A DNA stretch of 64,000 nt from Anthoceros angustus (taxonomy: Eukaryota; Plantae; Anthocerotophyta): the NCBI GenBank assembly GCA_010909165.1, contig VJWM01000173.1, positions 62,001 to 126,000 on the forward strand. Reading direction: 5' to 3'. This document shows, one piece after another, positions 25,225 through 39,000 of this stretch; within the stretch, counting starts at the first letter, position 1; each line of letters starts with the position of its first letter. The notes under the pieces were generated by a model. The model saw nothing but the letters and a program-made list of their open reading frames with translations, did not search any database and was not told the DNA's origin. Position numbers and translations under genes: made by a program.

Positions 25225-27560
25225 CCAATTGCAACATCTCGACCGAGATAGGAGTGGAGAGACTCGGACAGGGATTGAGCCCGATGGTCCATCAAGAAAG
25301 GCGAGGGTGCAATGGAAGCCTCTTCTCAATCTGTTGAAAGCAACAATGGAAGAGTTTGGAACATGCAACGTGGGAGGGAAGCCCGCAAGGCTTCACACGG
25401 GAATTCAATTCGACATTCGGAAGGGTACGAAAGAGACCGGGAAGTGTGTTGATTAAGGATGTATAATTTGCATAATTATGGATCATGCTAACTTAAAAAG
25501 GCGCAAGCGATTGGTTCATTAGGCTCACCACCGGGCATATTAGTTTGTACCTGCCTTCACCCCTAGGTACAAATGGCACCATTTTTTCGACCGACCTACT
25601 GATAATGAATGGATGGCCATCTTCTCGACCAATAGTATGCCTTGGGGTTTCAACCGACCACCAGTGTGAATCCACCCTGATATCAAACTTCAAGAAGCAT
25701 GCACACTCCACTAGGTGGATTTGTCAAAGGCACAAAAAACCCTTCAGCGATGGCAACCTCACATTTCCCCGAGAACCGCCGGCGACCTTGGATCACGTTT
25801 AGCCAAATCAACAAATCAAAAGTGAACATTCTACAGAGGAAAGAAGGAGGAAGAACGATACAAGCCCTCGAAATGAGAAGGCATTAAAAGAATCCTATTT
25901 TATTTTGTAAAAAAAAGAAAATATCAGTAATACCCCGAATCTTCTAATGGACCGATCCACATTAGTCTCACAACGTTACCTAATGATCCTTTCTCTGAAC
26001 CGTTCCGATTTGCATTTGTCCGCCTTAGTTTTGGATGAGCTAAACAATAGAAAAGGTAGATTTAGGGTCAACTAAAATATGTATTTATGATTCACTGAAA
26101 TAATTTTAAGATTATAACTTCACCGAGATTGATAAGATGAGTCCAGCGAAATTTAAGACTTGATGGACTACAAAAGAAGTAGAAAATCACTACATATACA
26201 AGCCTCATATTGATTTGGAATATGTGCAAGTTGATCCCATGGATTGCCCTATGTTCTTAATAGCCCTTTGTTTTGTAAGAAAAGTCTTTTCGTATCAACT
26301 CGAATGCGAGAAGGAAAGTTGTTCATCTTTATGGTGCTTCTGAAATTGTTGAAGGTTCTTATGAGATAAAGTGCAAGACATATAGCCTTATGAACCACTG
26401 GAGCAATTGCAACATCTCTCGAGAGATAGGAGTGGAGAGCTCAGTTGAGCCGATGGTCCATCAAGAAAGGCGAGGTGCAATGGAAGCCTCTTCTCAATCT
26501 GTTGAAAGCAACAATGGAAGAGTTTGGAACATGCAGCGTGGGAGGGAAGCCGCAAGGCTTCACACGAATTCAATTCGACATTCTAAGGGTACGAAAGAGA
26601 CCGGAAGTGTGTTGATTAAGGATGTATAATTTGCATAATTATGGATCATGCTAACTTAAAAAGGCGCAAGCGATTGGTTCATTAGGCTCACCACCGGGCA
26701 TATTAGTTTGTACCTGCCTTCACCCCTAGGTACAAATGGCACCATTTTTTCGACCGACCGGCCTGATAATGTGAATGGATGGCCATCTTCTCGACCAATA
26801 GTATGCCTTGGGGTTTCAACCGACCACCAGTGTGAATCCACCCTGATATCAAACTTCAAGAAGCATGCACACTCCACTAGGTGGATTTGTCACAAAACCC
26901 TTCAACATGGCAACCTCACATTTCCAGGAACCGCCGGCGACCTTGGATCACGTTTAGCCAAATCAACAAATCAAAAGTGAACATTCTACGAGGAGGAAAG
27001 AAGGAGGAAGAACGATACAAGCCCTCGAAATGAGAAGGCATTAAAAGAATCCTATTTTATTTTGTAAAAAAAAGAAAATATCGAATACCCCGAATCTTCT
27101 AATGGACCGATCCACATTAGTCTCACAACGTTACCTAATGATCCTTTCTACGAACCCGGGATTTGCATTTGTCCGCCTTAGTTTTGGATGAGCTAAACAA
27201 TAGAAAAGGTAGATTTAGGGTCAACTAAAATATGTATTTATGATTCACTGAAATAATTTTAAGATTATAACTTCACCGAGATTGATAAGATGAGTCCAGC
27301 GAAATTTAAGACTTGATGGACTACAAAAGAAGTAGAAAATCACTACATATACAAGCCTCATATTGATTTGGAATATGTGCAAGTTGATCCCATGGATTGC
27401 CCTATGCTCCCAGAATAGGGCCCTTTGTTTTTTTGTAAGAAAAGTCTTTTCTGTATCAACTCTGGAATGCAGTAGAAGGAAAGTTGTTCATCTTTATGGT
27501 GCTTGCTGAAATTGTTGAAGGTTTACTGGGGATAAAGTGCAAGACATATAGCCTTGCGGA
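25225..27560. repeat. Tandem duplication (unit ~1.18 kb) of an unidentified degenerate, probably TE-derived sequence
   Basis: CAATTGCAACATCTC at ~25226 and ~26403; colinear to GACATATAGCCTT (~26377 and ~27543); many stops in all frames. Confidence 0.85.
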
Positions 27561-28261
27561 GCCACGCTGGAACGGGTGCAAGCTCTTGGACTATTGCTGG
27601 TGCCTACTGCAAATGGGAAGGTGTATGCTTCATGAGGTGTGGACACCTGGGCATATCGCCAACTACCCCCTTGCCAACCCAACTTTGGCATTTAGGAAGT
27701 TCGACTGTGGGTCATATAAATCGAGGCCGAGCTCTTCGACTGTTGTCGGCAACTGCTGGAAATAGGAAAGTTATGTGCTTGAGGTCATAGCTAAGGGCAA
27801 GATTCGACGACTCCCGGAACTTGGGAGTGGTTGGACGAGGAGCGATGTATGTAGCGGTGCAAAGGCGAGTCGGGCACGTCCTTGACATGCAGCCACATCT
27901 CACATTAGATGCAAGCGCATCCCACCTTAGATGCGAGTAGATCCTGCCATAGGGTTAGTGAATTATGAATAATACATATGTGGCTTTTGCTCATACATTT
28001 GTAGCTTGGAAGGTTCGAACCATAGACCCATGTAGAGCAAACTTGAACACATGAAGATGACACCCTCACAAAGATGCGTGCGCCAGCCTAGACCTTGCTT
28101 TACATTATTGCAGACATTATTGCAGGTGTTTGCCAAAGGCTAGGGTAAAAGCACATTTACGTGCTCACTGAAAGCAACTCAATCATTATCACTGCGGGAC
28201 CTCAAAGCGGGGCCTTGAGGAGAGCGGGTGGGCGGGCGCGGGCGGCGGCAGGCCTTGGCGA

Positions 28262-28350
28262 GGCGGGATGTGCGAGCAGAAGGCGGGATGCGCGAGTGGA
28301 AGGCGAGATGCGCGAGTGGAAGGCGGGATGCGCGAGCGGAAGGCGGGATA
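28262..28350. repeat. 20-bp minisatellite GGCGGGATGCGCGAGTGGAA (~4.5x)
   Basis: Direct reading of 28262-28350. Confidence 0.85.
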
Positions 28351-28939
28351 TGCAAATGGGATGCATAAGCGGGAGAGTAGGACACCGAAACCAGGATGTT
28401 GAAGGATGCAAATGAATGATGGGAGAAAGCCTAAACTCGGATGCTTGGGATGTCGAAAAATACATGAGCATGCTGATAGCTGGACAAGCATGCCTGGGAT
28501 CTTCGACCGCATATTGGCACATATATAGAGCTAATCAAGGTGGACCGGCCCACAATTTAATTTCTCTGGGCTTGGTTAGCAGCAAACGCAGATGGCGCAC
28601 TACAAGAAAAAAGCACCTTCCGTCACACCCTATGATAAAACTTTTAAAATCTGTGGTAACAGCCTTCAGGGGCCTACTAACACCTACATTCCTACACCCA
28701 GACCTTTGCGTTCTCTCACTAGTCCTTTTTCCTTTTCTGCGGGCGCTATAGGTGCGTAACCCACACGGTGTTAAACCCCCATCTATAACGCACCGTAAGG
28801 TAAGATAGTATTTTACAGTTACACCTCAAGGTAACAAAAAACATAATTACATGACATGTAATTACCTATTTATTGTAAAATTATGTATGTATGTAAAAAC
28901 GAATAGGTATTCTATTACATTTTACAGTCATAATAATTA

Positions 28940-31690
28940 CAGTGCTAAGATAAGGTAAGATGACCCTTGTAACGTAAGATAGACATGAACGCAAACGGCA
29001 TAAGCCATTCCGATTCCAGGGACTCATCACAGAAGCCAAGAGGAAACATGCGTCTAAGAGAGGCTCCACAACAAAGGCAAGCTGAACAAGGAAGAGGAGA
29101 AGGCGCTGCAAGAGCTACTGCAGCTCTTCCAGCCCATTTCCCAATTGGGATCTGTGTGCGATACACCTTCCCCTTGCTGTCTCTCCTCAACCTCACGGTA
29201 CTCGCAATGTCAAGTCCACACACCTGCATACCTGATTTCCATGTCTTCACATTGTAGAAGGAGTGAGCATTGTGCAACATTTGTTGCTGATGGCACATTT
29301 GTAAGCGTACCTTTAGGCTGGGCCATGGTTTGTTGACTTGCACCGCTTCGTTGATTTCAATGTTCCACTTGGCAGGTTCCGACGTCGATGGACAGGCATT
29401 GACCATAACAAGCTCTTATGGCACCTATAAAAGGAGGATCTGTTCCAAACAAGCAGATCAAAGGAGTCATTATGCAGGCTAAGCTAGAAGCACAGACCGC
29501 ATTGGTCAAGGTTTGCTTAACATTACCTAGCATGATCATATCCTCTCGAATCGGATACCAAGAGGTACAACTCTTCAGGCACAGGCTATAAAAACCCACC
29601 TCTTGTAATCAATTTTTATCAATTAGTAAAGCACTAAACTTTGTTCAAACGCTTGCACAAAGCACCTCAAACTTAGTATCGAGCCATGTGATGCAGCTTC
29701 CTTCTAAGCCTAGGCGGTGAAGAGTAAAGGAAAGGTTGAGGAGAAGGGTAAAGGAAAGGTTAACGAGGGCTCTCCCTCTTTCCCTAAGCATAGTGTTTGT
29801 ACAAGACATATTGATAGAGGAGTATTTACCATGGTAAGGAGATCGCGAGTAATCAGGTGTTCAATTTAAAACTAGGCGCAATACTTTTCAAGCTTCCGCC
29901 ACAGTTTGTAAAGGACCTCAAGCCCCCTGAGAAAGGGATACTTATGGTAGAAGTAGTAAAACCTACTGGCATTTCTTATGATGTGAGAAGTTTGTGGATG
30001 TTATCCTGAAACATGGATTAGAAAAGAAAGTGATTGCAGTAGTTATTGATATGGCCAGCAATATGAAAGCAAGTGGGGAGCATCTATAGGAACATCAGCC
30101 ATGTCTTATTACATTTTGGTGTTAAGCATGCGTTGAATTTATTATTGAATTTATTGTGCATTAGAAGCGATGGTAGGCACAATAGCAATGACTAAGAATT
30201 AGTGCATTTCTTCATAATAATTATGCTAAGATAAGGTAAGATGACCCTTGTAACGTAAGATAGACATGAACGCAAACGGCATAAGCCATTCCGATTCCAG
30301 GGACTCATCACAGAAGCCAAGAGGAAACATGCGTCTAAGAGAGGCTCCACAACAAAGGCAAGCTGAACAAGGAAGAGGAGAAGGCGCTGCAAGAGCTACT
30401 GCAGCTCTTCCAGCCCATTTCCCAATTGGGATCTGTGTGCGATACACCTTCCCTTGTCTCTCTCCTCAACCTCACGGTCGCAATGTCAAGTCCACACACA
30501 CATACGATTTCCATGTCTTCACATTGTAGAAGGAGTGAGCATTGTGCAACATTTGTTCTTGATGGCACATTGTAAGCGTACCTTTAAATTTGGGCCATGG
30601 TTTGTTGACTTGCACCGCCGTTGATTTCAATGTTCCACTTGGCGGTTACGTCGATGGGCGAGGCATTGACCATAACAAGCTCTTATGGCACCTATAAAAG
30701 GAGGATCTGTTCCAAACAAGCAGATCAAAGGAGTCATTATGCAGGCTAAGCTAGAAGCACAGACCGCATTGGTCAAGGTTTGCTTAACATTACCTAGCAT
30801 GATCATATCCTCTCGAATCGGATACCAAGAGGTACAACTCTTCAGGCACAGGCTATAAAAACCCACCTCTTGTAATCAATTTTTATCAATTAGTAAAGCA
30901 CTAAACTTTGTTCAAACGCTTGCACAAAGCACCTCAAACTTAGTATCAGAGCCATCGCGGTCTGTACTTCTAACTGGCTAGGCAGGTGAAGAGTAAAGGA
31001 AAGGTTGAGGAGAAGGGTAAAGGAAAGGTTAACGAGGGCTCTCCCTCTTTCCCTAAGCATAGTGTTTGTACAAGACATATTGATAGAGGAGTATTTACCA
31101 TGGTAAGGAGATCATGGTAATCAGTGTTCAATTTAAAACTAGGCGCAATACTTTTCAAGCTTCCGCCACAGTTTGTAAAGGACCTCAAGCCCCCTGAGAA
31201 AGGGATACTTATGGTAGAAGTAGTAAAACCTACTGGCATTTCTTATGATGTGAGAAGTTTGTGGATGTTATCCTGAAACATGGATTAGAAAAGAAAGTGA
31301 TTGCAGTAGTTATTGATATGGCCAGCAATATGAAAGCAAGTGGGGAGCATCTATAGGAACATCAGCCATGTCTTATTACATTTTGGTGTTAAGCACATGC
31401 GTTGAATTTATTGTTATTGAATTTATTGTGCATTAGAAGCAGTGGTAGGCACAATAGCAACAGCTAAGGAGGTCGTGCATTTCTTCATAGCAAGAACAGC
31501 TTCATAGAAAGAAATTGGTGGGCATGGAAACATGTATGGCGTGATGATAGAGCAAGAACTAAAGTGGATACGGTTAATATGATTGTTTATGTCTTATATA
31601 ACCGTAGAGTGTTCAAATGGCACAATGCTACTATTGAAGCAACAGATTGAGCAACCACTCTCCCAGACACTACATACGTCGCAACTGTGA
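28940..31690 (+). mobile_element. Degenerate hAT transposase region, tandemly duplicated (unit ~1.28 kb)
   Basis: GYKNPP, then VILKHGLEKKVIAVVIDMASNMKASGEHL (cf. hAT/DUF659 'VVTDNASNMKAAG') at ~30000-30085 and ~31265-31350, then TIATAKEVVHFF. The duplication is anchored by GCTAAGATAAGGTAAGATGACCC at ~28943 and ~30224. Confidence 0.7.
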
Positions 31691-33066
31691 GACACAAAAA
31701 GAATGTGTCACCCTCATGAAGAGACTAGGTTTACCTCCAACAGGGGATGGGTTCCACTAACCTGGCAAACCCTCGATCCGACCCCCTTGACCCACTAGGC
31801 GTTGTATGTACCCATAGTCTCAACGTACGCTCTTGTCTAGCCAAAGTCGGGATGAGTGTTCTGGACAGTTTTGAAGACGAGTCCGGTGCACCCATGGTGA
31901 GTTGAGGGACCAATGTTGTTGATTCGAGGAGATGTCCAGATCGCACTATAAACTCAAATGTAGTTTTTTTTGGGGTTATGTGTGTGTGATAAGACGTTTT
32001 GATACAAACAGTGGCTCCAAGCAGGCCAGCTAGCTGCTTCCAAACATAGGGTGAGTGGGCCATAGCCAACTTTATCCAAGGATGCAGAGGATCCTAAGCC
32101 ACAAAAGGGCGCCAAGACGTTGAGGGTAGGTATTTTTAGAACAGCAAAGCCACTACATGTAGTGGCTCGAACACTTGTAAGGAGGGACTAGGCAATATAT
32201 GGGGCTTGACCTCTTTCTCATTTCAATACTTATGGGGCTTGAGAATCTGAGGGATGTTCAAGTCCCTGCTTGGCTAACCATCGGTTGTCCTCTTATGTGC
32301 ATTGATTGGCAGTGTTATTCGAAACTGTAGGCCTGCCTGACTAACGCTATGCACATGTGTGTGTATGTATTCCTGTGAGTGTCCTTGCATCTGCTCATCA
32401 TCGTGGAACCTGTATAGCAAGCACAACAACCACCACGGCCGTGTCCTCTTTAGAACCAGCATTGCCTACTATAGTGACATATGCTTGAATAAGAATGCCT
32501 GATACGTTTGCCATTCCTACCAGTATTGTTGCGCTTGTGTAAACCAACATCTAACAGTTATGATGAGGGCTTCGTCCTCTCGAGTTTCATCAAATAGAAA
32601 CCTTGTGACGAATTGGAACCAGACCACGAACCAAATCAAGATCGTATTACTTATAGTAGATAAAATATCATGAATCAGAAACAAAAGATATTGTTCCATC
32701 AAATGAAAGAAGACGATTTGTCGATAATTTCGGTATGTTTTATATTCAAATATATCCTGATAAGGGCATCAGGAACTGAGTTCGAAGTCCTAAGTTAGCA
32801 GCGGCCCAAAACGGGCTTTGTCCATCTGGGGTAGACGAGGAAAGCATTCCGTTGTATACAATTGGAGTGATCAGATACCAAACGCAGGATGGACTGTCCG
32901 ACACTTCCCGTGAACATCCAGTACGACATGCCCTTCTGGCGCCTCCCCTCATCACAACCGTTGGACTTCGTAACTACGATTTGGACTGCAAACACTCGTC
33001 CCCAAATACAGCGGCTCTCTGGTTACAGAAGGCATTTTCAGCTTTTTGGCATCGTCAGCCGAGTTA

Positions 33067-36000
33067 CTATTTTGAAGAACCAGGTGGGGTTTGCTTGTCC
33101 GGCGTGATCTGATGAGGCACAGGCACGGTATCTACAGGGACGTAAGCATAGCCTTTGGGAAGTCTCAAATTTTGCATCGAAGCCTCGATTGGGGTCATTA
33201 GCTTTTCTCTGTGCAATGGTTCCTGTTACAATCATCCAGTTGACTGGGTTCAGTATGCACATTCCGCAAAGACATTGAAGAATGTGAATGGGATAGACTG
33301 GACTGACCTTCTGCCTTTTATGCTTCCTACGGTCGTCTGGCTGGGTTGTGCGAGAAGAAGATTGAACCGCTTTGTCGTTGGCAAGTCTTGAAATTGTAGA
33401 AGGAAGGGACCCGTCTGCCGGACATCATGGTAATGTTATTTTCATGCGGAGCTTGTGCACAACTGACATTTCAAAGAAGCCTACAATGTTAGTCCTTCAG
33501 AAAGACAAGTTCCCACTCGCGCTCGTTCACCTGTCCATAGCTTCTCATCAGCTCCCCTGTGGACCTTATTGGGAGGACCATGTGCTGAATATCCGTCAGG
33601 AAGATGCTGTTCAGACTGTCCTTGGATGCTGTCAGTAAGAGTCGCAACACGTAGCTGATTGATACCGATATCCTTCAAAGTATGCAGGAGATCTCGCTGC
33701 CAAGTAACATAACAAGTCCTTAAGATTTGCAAGCCACAGCAAACTTGTGTCCTAATAATAAAGCCCTTCAATACTCTAGGAGGAAGCGTGTCAGGATTCT
33801 TTTTGCTCACCTTCACCTTTTCCCGTCGCACAATGCGCTCACAAATCAAGCGCACTTTTTCAAAATCTACCTGCACTTCAAAATCATGTCAAGAAACTTG
33901 TGATCTCATATGTGTGCTGCCTGTGTTTCAATGAGTACAAACACAAGTACAAAGAAGATACTTTGTAAAATTAAGGTTCTAAGCATCGCAGAGCCACACT
34001 ACTTACCCGTATCTGTTTTAGTACTTGCATTTCATCAGAGCCTCCCCTTTGCTTCAGTTCAGCCTGCTCATTAAGAATGATTGGTTCAGATAAGTAGTAT
34101 TCAAAATGCAACTTGAGAGATTAGAGAGCTCTTTGAGAGTATTAGAAGGGGCAGTTGCATGTTGGTTCAACTGTTATTTCTTTTCGCAAATTCTAGTCTT
34201 GAAAACCTCTGCTACCTTGGCTCTCTGCTGAGGGCTGTGGCGCTCGCAGTAAGCCCTGTATTGAACTCGGCCACCAGAGCTAGATTTAACATTCATGTAT
34301 AGGCCATAATCCCGGGCACAGGATGGGTGGAAAGCACCATGACAATGCCCAAAGTTACACTGCAGGTGAAGTTGACATATACAGCGCAATCACACGCGTT
34401 TGTTCAGCAAAACATGTCAGTGCACAGATATCCAATCATAGGCTTGATGACTAGATAACCTGATGGCTCTTAGCACAGACTATAACGACTTGGACACGAC
34501 AAACAGCAAAGACTTTATTCTCCTTGGACCCCTGCTTTCACTGTGATACCAACAGCATACACTTATCTCCCTGGACCCCTTCTTTAACTATGACTCCAAT
34601 AACAGAGATTTATCTCCAGGTAATCAAATGTACTGCCATAAGTTTGCAAGATTAGCCAGTGGACCAACTCTCACCAGTTCAACTGGCAGGGCAGTGAGAC
34701 ATCTGAGAAACCAGAGACACATCTCCTCACATCACATCTCTCACCTCACATCTTTGCTTTTAAATTTTATATTTCACAAACCAGACACAAAGTACATACC
34801 GTCAGGCAAGCACCCTGCTGACGGCGGCAAATGCTACACAGCAAACCATATCGATCAAGTAACACAGTTTCCTGCAGCCAATCCAAGAAGCTCTTCAAAT
34901 TTAAGAAGCACACAAACCCAAACCACCTCATGGGACTGTCCATAGGCCTGTCCTATCAAACAAATATAAGTTTATGCGAGTCCGGAGATAGTCTATTTGA
35001 ATCCTTTAGTAAGTTGTTTTCTCAGAATATAGATAGTAACTTGCCCTTAAATTTCGAAGTGGTCAGGTCACTTACCAGGCCTTCAATGGGTGCAGCCTGA
35101 TCTTTTCCAGCCGTTGTCTCTGGCAACCACTGTTAAGGACATTGAAGTTACTTGACAAGATCCAACAAATAAAAATGGCAAATTGAAATAGTAAGAAAGT
35201 ATGCAGTTGAAGCCCAAGTCTTTCACCTCTCTCAGATGGTGCATCGGAATTTGATCTACCTGTGCACAGAAAACATGTGCCCATCGACCATCACTTGTGC
35301 GCTTGAATGCTCCTGTTCGTGCAGGACATACTGCACACTGGACACCTGGACCCAGCTTCCCGGTGTTGTCCATCACCGGCTTCATATTGTGGAATGAACG
35401 CTGCATTTCGCTACAAGGCTGACACAACCATGCACCCAAAGGAACTCTACCTACACCATAACACTCTTGATGCACCACAACCTGCCAGAATTTTGCAGCA
35501 AAGAAATAAGAGTCAGCTCGGGAAATCTTACATCGCTCAATGTCAGATTCCAGAGGAAAGGTCAACACCTTGCAGCGATCACAGCACACAAGCTTGTTGG
35601 CACGAAGTTCACCAATTCCACAAATGTTGCATAAAGGAGTTTCATCTTCGAAACATCCTGCATTCTCCCTATACAATCCAGACTTGCCAACTTTTGCAAC
35701 TGATATCTTTGATGTGGTTCCCTTCACATGTAAGCCTGAACGAGAAGAGCTAGCTGGGCGGCCAGCTGAAAGAACAAGCTTGGGAGGCCTTGGGACAGGT
35801 GGCTTTGTTGCTCGAGAAAGATGAAAAGCTCCACCACCAACAGTAGCAGGCATAAGGCTTTGGCTGAAACCTGGCTCGAGGCCAGCATCAGAGGCTTGGG
35901 TTATAGGCTCCTCATGCAAGGATGCCCCAGGGGTATCACGCCTCATATAACTGACTCGAGGAGAAGCAGCAGCAGCAGCTGTTGCTGCAGCCAAAACAGC

Positions 36001-39000
36001 CTGCGCTTCCTTGTCTCGCTTCTCTTTCCTCCCCTGTTTCTTGGCTTCCTTAGCTTGCGCTTGGAAATGCTTCACTAAAGCTAGTTCCTGCAAATGCTTT
36101 TGTTCAGTTTGTCGCTCATCTGGTAGAATGTGAAGCAGTCTTGAGATAAGTGTATCTGATCATAACAGTCCCACACGTCATGAGTTACACAGCCAATACG
36201 ATCAAAACAGAGAAACTGAATTTCCTTGATGTCCATTGTTATTCAGGAATGTCAACGTACTGCAACGAGCATGGTTTGAGTGGGCACAATCAACCAACTT
36301 GTCTTGTAAGAGTAAAATTTCTGCAACAATCTCATCTTCAGGGGCTAAATCCAATAGACCCAGTTGTTTTGCTTGTTTCAGCTGTTTCCACTGAGCATTC
36401 CATGAATTCATGTCACCGTCATCGGGTTGAGTGTCAACCAAAATGCCATTCGCTGCATCCGTCTGAAGACCATCTATGGAATCCTCAGGTGACAAGACCC
36501 CCAACACATCACATTTCTGTGCCAGGCTACATTCCTCTGCATGAAGAGAGCATTTCGATCAGAGAATTGAGGCGGTGTTGATTGACCCACTTCAAATCTA
36601 ACTAGGCACGACTGATCTTAAACTGATTACATTTCAACCAAAACTTCCTCCTCACCTGTTCCTCCTTGATTCTCATCTTTTCTGCCAATATCATAGCTTC
36701 TCTGAAGATTCTCAAGCTTCTTCAGCAAAAAAGGATGAGGACATGATTGTGACACTTCCTCTGCGCACCTGAAGAGCACCAGATTGGGGCGCCTCAGTTG
36801 GAAACAAACAAGACAATAGAAGTAAAACAAGCACATGGACCTAAGCGCACAACACAAAGTTACAAGTTATCTTGCCAGTGTTACGATGTGAACTTACTCA
36901 GATTTCAAATCATAACTTGAACCTGAATCCAAATTCTGCAAACACATCTGAGCTTGCTTTTCCTCTTGTGGACTCCCACCTCTATCTGACCCAACGTCCT
37001 GCTGACATCGCACAACACGGCCTGTTGCATCACTCACAATTTTGAACCGAAGCCGGGGCTGATCATTGTGAGGTCGTTTCTCGAAGCCCTTCCTAGAGAC
37101 AGAAATAGCTGATGTCTCATTGCTATTCTCAAAGCCACAACCGACCATGGTGCCATCTTTTGAGCAAGATTTAGAAACTGGCTCTGAGATGCCAGAATGC
37201 ACGTCGGAGCTACCCTGTGGACCAGAGATTGCTGGTCTTAACATTGCAATTTCCTGTGCAGAGTCAACTTTTGCACCAGTTGCTGCAAGCACTCCAGCCT
37301 CAGCCCCTGCTGTATCCAACTGCAATGTTGTCACCAACATGCCAACAATACCAGAAGAGTTTCTGCTTCTGCCCATATCCAGATCATTCCCCTCGCAAAC
37401 TTGACCACCATTCCCAGATTCCAAAAAACCACCCTCTGCTCTTTCTCCAGACCCTATAGTCTTGTCACTGTCGGATGACCTTTCCGGCACCACAAACTCA
37501 GACATTGAGGTCTGGTCTTCCTCTCCAGTCCCTGCCATGTGAAGGTTTTTGCCTTGAGATTCATTAAGTGATGCCCTTCTCTCCTGAAGCAAAAAAGAAA
37601 AGCTCAAACCCCAGCTTCAATACAAACAGAAAGCAACCAAAGACAATATAGGGACATGGCAAAATTCTCTACAAAGCACATGCTCTGCATGCAAAATCAA
37701 ATACACACTGCTTACAGACCTGCACAGTGGCTCGACTAGTACTTGCATCCCCTCGTAGCCCCCGCTGCCTACGTTCCTCATCAAGTGACAAATCGTACAC
37801 ATCGTCACCTGAATCGGCTATTCCTATCACTGCTGTCGGTTCAGAAGCAGGTTTATCTAGCAGACAAGCCTTGGAACCCAAACATCTCAGAGGATTCTTT
37901 GAACTGACATCTACTTCTCCACCAGGGCTGTCAACAATTCCTGCTGCATCTGCCTGATATTCCAACATACATCCTTCCTGGAGCCCAGAGGGAACAGAAT
38001 CAATAGAAAGCTTCTCCACTCCATTGACAGAATTATCTGTCTCATCAATGTCCGCCTGCTTACTGGTGTGACACAGTTCCTTGGTCAAAGCAACCTTCCC
38101 CGAAGAACTGCTATCATGGTTAGGATCTGCCTGCTCTGCAACCCTCTCCACCCGTGAAACCTTCTCATCAACAGCTCTAGCAACCAGCAGTTTCGCAATG
38201 CTCTTGCCAGCAGCAGGTGGAGAATCTGATACAGCATCTAGAACTTCAGAGTAGCCCTTGTTTGTTGATACTCCGTGAATATCTCTGTTTAACCTGCAAA
38301 TCTCCCCCTCATGAGCCACACCAGGCACAGGCAGTGGTAAATCCTTTGCCTCCACACCTTCAGGCTGGCCTTCAAGAATGCCTTCACCAAGTTCATTGCT
38401 CTCACCACCTGAGGGATTTGTCCTTCCACCTCTCGTTGATGAATGCTTTAGACAAAAGGCTCGCAGGTCCACCTGTCATGTGTCAAAGGCGTCAGCCGAG
38501 AAGTCAACGGTAGTAAGAGGGGCTTCAGAAGTACTTTGTTAAAATTACTGGACTCATATAGCCAGGAAACTGAATCATCTAGCCTGCCATCCCACCTTAT
38601 CAGTCAATAGGGGCAGGTCCCATTGACTGATATCAGCCATCCATAGGAGCAGTCCTCAAGTACTTACATCCTCACTGTCTTCTCTACTAGAGACTTCCAT
38701 GCGAAATCTAGCATCCCTTGCACAGAGAGGATGGAACGCAGTGGCACAAAAACCTGGGCACAGACAGAGTGGCAAACAGATTAGATGAGATTGTCTAATT
38801 GGCGATTCTAATCTGTTTGTTTGGACTACACGGGTCAACACAATAAGTCTGCCTTTATGGCATCTATCTATCGACACACGAATGGCACAAATTAGACAGC
38901 TTGATCTGATGTGTTTAGTTGGGTGGCAAGGGATCAAGACAACAACGCTGTCCTTTGGCATTAACATATTGACCCACCATAGACGAAAATATCCAGGTAA

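Noticed and set aside
25340-26980. Possible L1 APE-endonuclease reading (TCNVGG..., IVCLG..., LTF...SRL)
   Set aside because: Catalytic motifs (QET, GDFN, SDH) are not convincingly present; left unassigned
31731-32069. 112-aa minus-strand ORF
   Set aside because: No recognisable motif or splice context; lies in degenerate TE-like sequence
32235-32275. tRNA/SINE-like GTTCAAGTCCC B-box motif
   Set aside because: No A box, acceptor stem or cloverleaf could be built
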